Source of the DNA: an uncultured Clostridia bacterium
GTDB lineage: Bacteria; Bacillota; Clostridia; TANB77; CAG-508
Length of the DNA stretch: 64,000 nt
Direction: 5' to 3'
NCBI GenBank assembly: GCA_928721915.1
Contig: CAKMVZ010000004.1
Location: forward strand, 35,553-99,552
The notes under the pieces are model-generated. The model had not been told where the DNA came from. It made no database searches and was given only the letters and a program-made list of their open reading frames with translations. Position numbers and translations under genes: made by a program. The number at the start of each line of letters is the position of its first letter. Within the stretch, counting starts at the first letter, position 1. Shown here one piece after another: positions 1 through 8,224 of the stretch.

Positions 1-35
1 GTAAATTAATCTAAGCTTAAGAGAGGATTGGTTTT

Positions 36-713
36 ATGACTAAAAGAACAAAATTAAAAGATAGAATTCTTCCGATATATACAAAAGGAGAAGAGATTTT
101 CAATATGACTTCGCATATTGTAGGAGTTTTACTTGGAATTGTTGCAATAGTTTTATGTAGTGTTTTTGCAGCAATTCATCATAACGTTTATGGAGTAGTA
201 AGTGGAGTTATATATGGAGTCTCTTTAGTTGTTCTTTATACAATGTCTAGTGTATATCATGGATTAAGTAAGAATTTATTTGCAAAAAGAGTTTTTCAAG
301 TTTTAGATCATTGCACAATTTTTATAATGATAGCAGGATGTTACACACCATTTGCATTATGTACATTAAGAGAATATAATACTGCTCTTGGTTGGACGAT
401 ATTTGGCATAGTTTGGGCAATGGCAATTATAGGAATTATATTAAATGGAATTGACTTAAAAAAGTATAAAACTTTTTCTATGATTTGTTACTTAGTTATG
501 GGATGGTGTATAGTTTTTAAAGTAAATGTTCTACCAGAATTACTTGGAACTACAGGATTTGTATTATTAGTTTTAGGCGGAATCATCTATACAATAGGAG
601 CGGTTCTATATGGATTAGGGAAAAAACACAAATGGATGCATTCAATTTTCCACTTATGCATATTAGTAGCAAGCATCTTACAATTTTTTTGTATTTTATT
701 ATATGTAGTATAA
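36..713 (+). CDS. hemolysin III / PAQR family membrane protein
   Basis: 225-aa ORF with multiple hydrophobic segments. His-containing motifs (SSVYH, LDHCTIF, HSIFH) are typical of the HlyIII family. A purine-rich RBS lies upstream. Confidence 0.8.
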   Translation: MTKRTKLKDRILPIYTKGEEIFNMTSHIVGVLLGIVAIVLCSVFAAIHHNVYGVVSGVIYGVSLVVLYTMSSVYHGLSKNLFAKRVFQVLDHCTIFIMIAGCYTPFALCTLREYNTALGWTIFGIVWAMAIIGIILNGIDLKKYKTFSMICYLVMGWCIVFKVNVLPELLGTTGFVLLVLGGIIYTIGAVLYGLGKKHKWMHSIFHLCILVASILQFFCILLYVV

Positions 714-921
714 AATGGGTCTCTTAAGAGAAAACTAGAATTAAAAGAAGTTTTCTTTTAAGGGATTTTTTTTATTTATATTTATAAGGAACGTGTATTT
801 ATGCTTTAGGGGACGTGCTTTAGGGGACGTGTTTAAAAAGCAGTTGATTTCAAGGATTTGGGATATTTTCAAAATTATTTTATTATTAAAATAAATATTT
901 TGCAAAAATTTTTAGAGAGTA

Positions 922-950
922 TTTACAATTAAAAATATTATGGGTATAAT
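922..950 (+). promoter_or_regulatory. sigma-A type promoter upstream of the pilin-like gene
   Basis: TTTACA (922-927), 17-nt spacer, TGgGTATAAT extended -10 (TATAAT 945-950). Confidence 0.45.
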
Positions 951-1021
951 TTAATTAAAACAGGTTATACAACCAATACAAATTTAAAAAGATAAAATTA
1001 AAATAATAGGGAGGAAAAAGC

Positions 1022-3146
1022 ATGAATAGACAGAAGAAAAATTTAAAATTAGAAAACCGTGAAAGCCTTGCAGCTGTACACACACATATATATACACTTA
1101 TAATTGGTTTAAGTGATTTTTTAACAAATTTTAAATCAAAAAAAGTTCAAAAAATTTTTAATCATGAAAAAGATTTAATAAAACTTAAAAATGATGAAAA
1201 AAGTTTTAATCAAAAATATTTAAAAAATGATTTCAAAAGCAATTTGAAAACTGGTATTTTAAGTTTAAATTCAGGAATAACGCTAATCGCGCTTATAATC
1301 ACAATAATAGTATTATTAATATTAGCAGGAGTAACAATATCAGCTATTATGCGGAGAAAACGGAATATTAAATCAAGCGATAAATTCAGCTGATAGAACA
1401 AAGGTAGAAGATGCAAGAGAAAGAATAGCAATGGAGATAGTAGGAAGTTATGATAATAGTGGAAGATTAGATGTTAGTAGTTTAAAAAGTAATTTAGAAA
1501 GCCATTTAGGAATAGATACAAGTAATATTGGAATAACACTTCCAACAGGAACAATAACATTAGACGGAATAGACTTTTATATAAATACAGATGAAGAAGT
1601 AATAGAAGGGAAAGCAATAGCAAATGGAAGTTGGAATGCTGAAAAAGGAGTAAACAGCCCAGAGCTATTTGAAGGAATGACAGCATTATATTGGGATGAC
1701 TCTGGAAATGAGATAGAGTTAACAGAAGCTAGTTCAGAAGAAGAGTGGAATAATTGGTATGATTATAACGGAGATGGAGACGGACAAAACAGATGGGCAA
1801 ATGCAGTAACAAAAGATGAGAATGGAAATATAACAGGATACTGGGTATGGATACCAAGGTATGCATACAAGATAGAAAGTGGCTTATTCACAAGCACAGC
1901 CGGAGAAATCTCAATAAAATTTCTACAAAACACAAGTGATTTAGACGCAGAAGGAAATACAATAAGTAGAGAATACAGTTATACTTTAGACGAAAATGAC
2001 GAAGTAAACAACCAGATGGACGATTACGTAGTACACCCAGCATTCAGAGATGGCTCATCAAACAATTTTATGAATGGAGAATGGGATGAAGAAGTAACAG
2101 GCTTCTGGGTAGCAAAATACGAAGCAGGTTTCCAAGCAAATACAATAACAGATAATGATGGTACACTTTCAACAGATATATCAAATGCAGATGATGTTGT
2201 TGTATATTCTGATTTAAAATATACGAGTTATAATAGCAATTATCAGACAAATGCATTAGGACAAGATTTATCATCAACTGGATATTCAAACCAAAATTTA
2301 TCTTATCCTGTATTCTTGCCTCTAACGTACTCATACAATAATATATGTATAGGAGATAGTTATGTATTAAGTCAAGCAATAGATACAGCAAGTAATTTCT
2401 ATGGATTAAATTCAAATAAAACAGATAGTCACCAAATGAAAAACAGTGAATGGGGAGCAGTAGCATATTTAACGCAAAGTAGTTATGGAAGAAATGGAAC
2501 AGAAGTAACAATAAATAATTATTATACGAGCGAAGAAAGTCCATACCAAGTTGCTATAACAGGGTTAGCAAGCTCAGATGACTTAGAAAGTAGTACTCAA
2601 ATCTTAAATGATGTATTGGCTTATAATACAACGGATGGAATGCGAGGAAGTACAACAGGAAATGTTACAGGAATATATGATTTAAGTGGTGGACTATGGG
2701 AAAGAGTTTCAGGATACATTTTAAATGGAAATGCAAACTTAACAAACAATGGAACAAATTCTAGCAATGGTTCATCAGGAATATTAATGGGAACAACAGG
2801 TACCGCAAATGAGGACGGATATCAAACATTAAGTACAAGAGAATATACAGTATATTCATATAATAATTTAAATGATTCGGATATTAGTAATTATATAAAG
2901 TACAAAGAATTATTATCTAGTATGTATGGATATGGAGATGCAATTTTAGAGGTATCAACTAGTGGATATGGAGATGATTCTTGGAATTTAGACTATTCTA
3001 ACTATATATTTGTTTCAGATGTGTTTTTCTCTCGAGGTTTTACTTGTGCATCTGGCTTCTCAGATTCTGGTGTGTTCCATTTTGATCATACTAATGGGAG
3101 CGTGGGACCTCGTAGTGGGTACCGTGTAATATTAATTGCTGAATAG
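1022..3146 (+). CDS. large secreted/anchored protein with a prepilin-like N-terminal hydrophobic segment; reading frame broken at an in-frame CGG (1352-1354)
   Basis: Strong RBS GGGAGG precedes ATG 1022. The segment GITLIALIITIIVLLILAGVTISAIM resembles a type IV pilin-like N-terminal helix. The frame of ORF 1431..3146 is already open from 1353 and reads GENGILNQAINSADRTKVEDARERIAMEIVG, directly continuing ...TISAIM if C1352 is skipped. Confidence 0.6.
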
Positions 3147-3291
3147 TGCCAAATGCCAATGAGAGACGTCAGACTGTTCTAAAATTGGGAAAAGGGGACG
3201 GTTCTGATTTCCCACTTAAAAAAGAAATTAATTCAATTTAATATGTTTTGGGGGACGCGTTCGAAAAACATGTTAATTTAATAAATTTATT

Positions 3292-3334
3292 AAGAGCTTT
3301 GGGGGCAATTCAATTCTTCAAAGCTCTTTTGTTA
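3292..3334 (+). terminator. rho-independent terminator after the pilin-like gene region
   Basis: 9-bp stem AAGAGCTTT / AAAGCTCTT followed by a T-run. Confidence 0.5.
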
Positions 3335-3614
3335 TTATTATGACATAATAAAAATTAATAGTTTTTTACTTAAAAATATTTTTTCAAAACTATTATTCAA
3401 TAACAAATTTTAAATCGGGAAATATATTTAATATACCAAATGCAGAAAATATGAATGGTGTGTTTGCAAGATATGTATATAATTTAGTGGTCAATCTAGA
3501 TTTTGGAGATACACAAAATTGGCTTTTGAATTTGGATTTTGATTATAGAAAAAAAGACAATTAGAGTTATTATATTCAATAAAATTAAAAAAGTGCCATT
3601 CTTGGCACCTTTTT

Positions 3615-4304
3615 TTAATCTCTTCTTACATTTCCAAAAATTGAAAGGATTCTAAGGAATATATTGATAAAGTCTAGATAAAGTTCCATTGCACCATATA
3701 CATATAATTTTTCTTCATTTAAAACGCCTTCATTATATAGATTTTTTAAATTATTCATATCATATACAGTAAATCCCATGAAAACCAAAAGAATAACCCA
3801 ATCTAAAACTATATCAACTAATCCATTTCCTAAAAATAAATTTATTATTGAAACTACGCAGCCTACTAATAAAGTAACAGAAAGTATAGTTCCAAATCTT
3901 GTTAAATCAGCTTTAGTATTTTTTCCAATAAAAGCCATTATACCAAATATTGCAGCTGAACCAACAAATGCGTAAACAATTGAACTTAGTTCAAAATATG
4001 CAAATAGTGTTGAGAAAGTTATACCATTTATTATTGCGTAAGCAAAAAATAGAGCAGTTACAACTCCTGATGAAAACTTTCTAAATCCAGCAGAAAAAGC
4101 AATAACAACTATAAATTCAATTATAAAAAGTCCTAGAAATGCACCACTTTCAATTATTGAATCTAAAAAACCAGAATAATAAGTGTATCCAGCAGCAAAT
4201 GCAGTGGCTAGTAATCCTAAAAACATTCTAAAAAATGTTTTTGTAAGATAATCTGATGTATTAGACATGATAATTGGTTCATTTTCACTTTGATATTCTA
4301 TCAT
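3615..4304 (-). CDS. BAX inhibitor-1 / YccA family membrane protein
   Basis: 229-aa ORF with about 7 hydrophobic segments. The C-terminal pattern YGAMELYLDFINIFLRILSIFG is typical of the BI-1/YccA family. Confidence 0.8.
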   Translation of the reverse strand: MIEYQSENEPIIMSNTSDYLTKTFFRMFLGLLATAFAAGYTYYSGFLDSIIESGAFLGLFIIEFIVVIAFSAGFRKFSSGVVTALFFAYAIINGITFSTLFAYFELSSIVYAFVGSAAIFGIMAFIGKNTKADLTRFGTILSVTLLVGCVVSIINLFLGNGLVDIVLDWVILLVFMGFTVYDMNNLKNLYNEGVLNEEKLYVYGAMELYLDFINIFLRILSIFGNVRRD

Positions 4305-4547
4305 AAATTTTCACCTCACTTTTTATCAAAAATAGAATCACAATAATAGTATAATATAAAATTTAAAAATATACAAATTTTATTTAAATTTATTTTTAAT
4401 TTTATTATATTTATTAAAGATTAAAATAAATTATGCAAATCACTTTTTGGTTAAAATTCAAAGCTTTTTGCTTTTTGCTATTGTAAACATTTTAAATTAT
4501 GGTATAATAAATTTGTTAAAAAACACAAAAGAATATGGGGGATATTT

Positions 4548-5390
4548 ATGAAAGTAAAATGTGAGTATTGTGGCTCTTTTATTGATGATACTGAAGAAAA
4601 TTGTCCTAATTGTGGTGCGGTAAATAGTCATTTTAAAAGAAAAGCTGAAGGAACTCCAAAAACTATTGAAGAACTAAAAAAGTGGTATCAAGATCATAAT
4701 TTACCAATTCAAGATATTACAAGATTTTTTATAGGAGTTGATTATAAAGGACCAAAAGCTTTTGGTATATATGAAGATAAGGCAACAGGAAATTTTATAG
4801 TTTATAAAAATAAATCTAATGGAACTCGCAGTATAAGATATCAAGGAAAAGATGAAGAATATGCAGTAAATGAGCTTTATATGAAATTAAAAGAAGAAAT
4901 TTTAAATCAAAAATCTCGCAATTTAAGAAGGAACACTGTAAATTATAGTAATTCATACAGTCATAGAAGATTTTCAAGACGTAATAGTACAGGGTGTTTA
5001 ATCGCATTTGTAATATTTTTTATAATAATTATAGCATGCTTTGCTTCATTTAAGAATACCCCTAGAAGAGGATATTATTATTATGGAAATAATTATTATT
5101 ACTATCAGAGTGGAGACTGGTATGGATATGATTCATATGATGGATGGAACAAAACTACAGCACCAGATGATTTAAAGAAAAATTATTCAGATTATTATGA
5201 GTCAAATTATTATTCTTCAGGATATGGAGTTGATGATTTTAGTGATACTTCTTATTATGACTCGGATTCTTCCTCTTCCTCATCTAGCAGCTGGGATAGC
5301 GATTGGGACAGTGATTGGGATTCTGGTTCGTCTTGGGATAGTGGCTCATCATGGGACTCTGGCTCTACTGATTGGAGTAGTGATTGGTAA
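4548..5390 (+). CDS. zinc-ribbon membrane protein with Tyr-rich and Ser/Asp/Trp-repeat tail
   Basis: N-terminal CxxC...CxxC (CEYCGS...CPNCGA), one TM segment (CLIAFVIFFIIIIACFASF), and a C-terminal low-complexity tail SWDSDWDSDWDSGSSWDSGSSWDSGS. RBS GGGGGA upstream. Confidence 0.55.
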   Translation: MKVKCEYCGSFIDDTEENCPNCGAVNSHFKRKAEGTPKTIEELKKWYQDHNLPIQDITRFFIGVDYKGPKAFGIYEDKATGNFIVYKNKSNGTRSIRYQGKDEEYAVNELYMKLKEEILNQKSRNLRRNTVNYSNSYSHRRFSRRNSTGCLIAFVIFFIIIIACFASFKNTPRRGYYYYGNNYYYYQSGDWYGYDSYDGWNKTTAPDDLKKNYSDYYESNYYSSGYGVDDFSDTSYYDSDSSSSSSSSWDSDWDSDWDSGSSWDSGSSWDSGSTDWSSDW

Positions 5391-5485
5391 AAAATATTAA
5401 AACTTGAGAGCTGATTTGAAATAAATAAATTTTTATATTATAATAAAATTGTAATGTTTGACAACAAATTATAGGAGGACAAAAT

Positions 5486-6184
5486 ATGCAAAAGAAAAAT
5501 GCAGCCTTCGTTGGAGGAGGAGTATCTACAGTATGTGGACTTGGAGCCTATTATGCTGAAACACGGCTTGGAGAAGAGTTTAATTCTTTCTCAGGAGCTA
5601 GCATTGGTTCTATTGTAGCTATTAGCTTAGCTGCTGGAAAAGAACCTCAGGAAATTCTTAGTTTTCTAAGAAAAAACGTAGAGGATTTCTGCCGGCCGAT
5701 AATTGGAAAGAAATTTATCAGGGAAAGAACTGACAAATTTTTGGAAAAGATTCAGTATAAAGACTTACTGTTCGAATGCATAGTTTCCGTGACAAAAATT
5801 GGAGAGAAATTCCCGATTTTGATTAGCAAAAAAAATTGTGACAGTATGACAGTGGGAGAGGTGGCAGCGTTGTCATCTACCCTTCCAGGTCTCTATTTAC
5901 CAAGCAAAATGCATTTTGAGGGCTGTAATTTCTGGGTCCTCGACGGTGGAATGACTGCAAACCCGCCGCTTGTAATTGATGCTGAAAATGTGATTTTCAC
6001 GTTTAAGCGAGTTTTAAAGAAACCGTCAAATTCTGTTTGGGCAAAGAGGAAAATCTATCAGGAAAGAAAGGCTGATCGTGTGGTAAAAGTTGCCACAGTA
6101 ACATCTACTCGAGGAGATAGACGGGACGTTACGACTGCTTGGACTGAGGGAGTATCCCAGGTTGAGCAAGGCGACACTCTTTAA
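5486..6184 (+). CDS. patatin-like phospholipase (GC-richer than its surroundings)
   Basis: Glycine-rich GGGVS loop, GxSxG nucleophile motif (GASIG) and DGG motif (VLDGGMTANPP). The composition is visibly richer in G+C, and three in-frame CGG codons are used as sense codons. Confidence 0.65.
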   Translation: MQKKNAAFVGGGVSTVCGLGAYYAETRLGEEFNSFSGASIGSIVAISLAAGKEPQEILSFLRKNVEDFCRPIIGKKFIRERTDKFLEKIQYKDLLFECIVSVTKIGEKFPILISKKNCDSMTVGEVAALSSTLPGLYLPSKMHFEGCNFWVLDGGMTANPPLVIDAENVIFTFKRVLKKPSNSVWAKRKIYQERKADRVVKVATVTSTRGDRRDVTTAWTEGVSQVEQGDTL

Positions 6185-6188
6185 AAGT

Positions 6189-6222
6189 AAAGCCACTAGC
6201 TGTTTAAAGCTGGTGGCTTTTA
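6189..6222 (+). terminator. rho-independent terminator
   Basis: Stem AGCCACTAGC / GCTGGTGGCT followed by TTTT. Confidence 0.6.
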
Positions 6223-6320
6223 CTATATATTTAATATTTGGATTACAAAATTCAAAAATTATTGAAAATTAAATAGTTAAATGATAGAATAAATATAATT
6301 TTAAAATTGGAAGTGCCAAG

Positions 6321-6932
6321 ATGAAATTATTAAGATTTATAATACAGATTATATTTTGTAAAATTTTATTTAGAGTAAAATATGAAAATGAGGAAATATT
6401 AAAAAGGTTTGATAAAGCTATTATTTGTCCGAATCACTCAAATGTATTTGAGCCAATTTTTTTCTTTCCTTTAGAAAAAGAAAATTTATATATTATGGCA
6501 AAATCAGAGTTATTTAAAAATAAATTTATTAATTGGTTATTTACAAAAAATAATATTTTTCCTATAAATAGAAATAAAACTGACCCTAAGAGTATGTTTC
6601 ACTCTTTAGAAATTTTTGAGGAAAATGAGAAGGCAAAGCTTTTAATTTTTAAAGAAGGAAAAGTTATAAGATGGAAAAAAGATATTGGAAAATTTTTTAA
6701 AAAAGGAGCAGTATTTATAGCGGGTAGTTGTAATGTACCAATAATTCCAGTTTATATTACAAGAAGACCAATATTTTTTATGAGAATAACAGTAACTTTT
6801 GGAGAGCCAATATTTATTGAAAAAAATCAAATTCATGATAAGCAAAATGTTGTAAGATTTTCAAAAAATTTAATTAGAGAGATTTATAAATTAAATCCAA
6901 AAATTGATAAAAAAATTATAGAAAAAATTTAG
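6321..6932 (+). CDS. PlsC-like lysophospholipid acyltransferase family protein (atypical motifs)
   Basis: 203-aa ORF. It has NHSNVFEP in place of the HxxxxD acyltransferase motif and FKEGKV in place of FPEG. It is sandwiched between two patatin genes. Confidence 0.5.
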   Translation: MKLLRFIIQIIFCKILFRVKYENEEILKRFDKAIICPNHSNVFEPIFFFPLEKENLYIMAKSELFKNKFINWLFTKNNIFPINRNKTDPKSMFHSLEIFEENEKAKLLIFKEGKVIRWKKDIGKFFKKGAVFIAGSCNVPIIPVYITRRPIFFMRITVTFGEPIFIEKNQIHDKQNVVRFSKNLIREIYKLNPKIDKKIIEKI

Positions 6933-6943
6933 AGGGGTAAAAA

Positions 6944-7795
6944 ATGAAGTTAGTAGGTTTAGCTTGTACAGGTGGAGGAACTAAAGCAGTAAGTAATATT
7001 GGCGTAATAAAAGCTTTAGAAGAGTTAGGTATTAAAATATCTGCTATTTCTGGGACAAGTATCGGTAGTTGCATAGCAGTGCTATATGCAATGGGATATA
7101 GTGTTGATGAAATTACTGAAAAAATGAAGTATTATGTTAAAGCATATCCACATTTAAATTTTTTTGATATATTTTTTTCATTATTTAATTTTGTACTTAG
7201 AGGAGGGATAAAAAACCCTAGAATTATAAATTCAACAATAAGACAATCTGCTATGGCAAAAGAAAAAAGATATATGTCTGATTTAGATATACCAGTTTTT
7301 ATTCCTGCATTAGATATCACAAATAAGGAAACAGTGTATTTTTCATCAAGAAATATTGAAGGGGAGAAATGTTTACTAGATAGAAAGATTGAGGAAGCAG
7401 TTAAAAGCAGTTGTTCTTTACCAATTTTGTATCTTCCAAATAATATTTATATTGATGGAAAATTGCATCAATTTTTAGATGGAGGTATGTCTAATAATAC
7501 ACCTTCTATACATTTAAAGGAATTTTGCGATGTTGTTATAGGTGTTGAAAATATTTATTATAAAAAAACTAATAATAGAAAAGTTAATATTATTACAGGA
7601 ATAAAAAATACTTTTCAAGGGATGAGAAGGTCAGCTGTAATAAATCAAAGAAATGCAGCTGATATATGGATACAAGTTGACTGTAAAAAAGTAGGTGTTA
7701 TAGGAAATCCAAAAGATGTAGATTTTTGCGTTGAGCAAGGATATAAAACTACTATTGAATATTTTACCAATATTAAAAATAAAATTTATATTTAA
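6944..7795 (+). CDS. patatin-like phospholipase
   Basis: GGGTKA glycine loop, GTSIG (GxSxG) and DGGMSNNTP (DGG) motifs. Confidence 0.8.
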   Translation: MKLVGLACTGGGTKAVSNIGVIKALEELGIKISAISGTSIGSCIAVLYAMGYSVDEITEKMKYYVKAYPHLNFFDIFFSLFNFVLRGGIKNPRIINSTIRQSAMAKEKRYMSDLDIPVFIPALDITNKETVYFSSRNIEGEKCLLDRKIEEAVKSSCSLPILYLPNNIYIDGKLHQFLDGGMSNNTPSIHLKEFCDVVIGVENIYYKKTNNRKVNIITGIKNTFQGMRRSAVINQRNAADIWIQVDCKKVGVIGNPKDVDFCVEQGYKTTIEYFTNIKNKIYI

Positions 7796-7912
7796 ATTAT
7801 ATATAATAAATTAAGAATAATGTAATAATATTAAGTATAAAAATAGAAGTTAGAAAGTTTTTTCTACTATTGAAAAATTATATTGGTTTAATGTAAAAAT
7901 ATTAAAAAGTAC

Positions 7913-7941
7913 TTGAAAAATAGTAAAATACGTGATATTAT
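7913..7941 (+). promoter_or_regulatory. sigma-A type promoter of the ileS leader
   Basis: TTGAAA (7913-7918), 17-nt spacer, TGaTATTAT extended -10 (7936-7941). Confidence 0.5.
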
Positions 7942-7949
7942 GTTTGCAA

Positions 7950-8210
7950 TTAATTTAAAAACTGTGAAGAGGACAAGATAAATATATGAAATTTTAAGAG
8001 AGCTAGAGGTTGCTGAGAATCTAGTAAATGGATGTATTTATTATCACCTTGGAGTTGCTTATGTGAAATAATAGTAATGTAAGTCGCTAAAATCTTGCGT
8101 TAAAGATAAATTAAGTGGGAAGTATTTCCAAATTAGGTGGTACCGCGGAATTTAAAGCTATTTCGTCCTAAGTGTTAGGATGAAAATAGCTTTTTTGTTT
8201 TAAATAAATA
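7950..8210 (+). promoter_or_regulatory. T-box leader (Ile) with terminator/antiterminator
   Basis: Canonical T-box core AATTAGGTGGTACCGCGG lies at 8131-8148. It is followed by a long hairpin (8154-8192) and a T-run. AGAGA and stem I-like elements are present upstream. A candidate AUC specifier is at 8043-8045. The leader sits directly upstream of ileS. Confidence 0.8.
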
Positions 8211-8224
8211 TTTTTTAAGAAAGG

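Noticed and set aside
1210-2544. Minus-strand ORFs 1210..1431, 1474..1686 and 2068..2544.
   Set aside because: They are antisense to the pilin-like gene. Their Leu/Phe/Tyr-rich low-complexity translations are typical of the reverse strand of AT-rich coding DNA, and they have no RBS.
3400-3565. Possible remnant coding sequence (...NAENMNGVFARYVYNLVVNLDFGDTQNW...) between the pilin-like gene and the BI-1 gene.
   Set aside because: It is short, has no start or RBS, and I can assign no family with confidence.
5197-5400. ORF 5197..5400 (+) in an alternative frame of the repeat tail.
   Set aside because: It is a by-product of the repetitive sequence. The main frame carries the zinc ribbon, the TM segment and the RBS.
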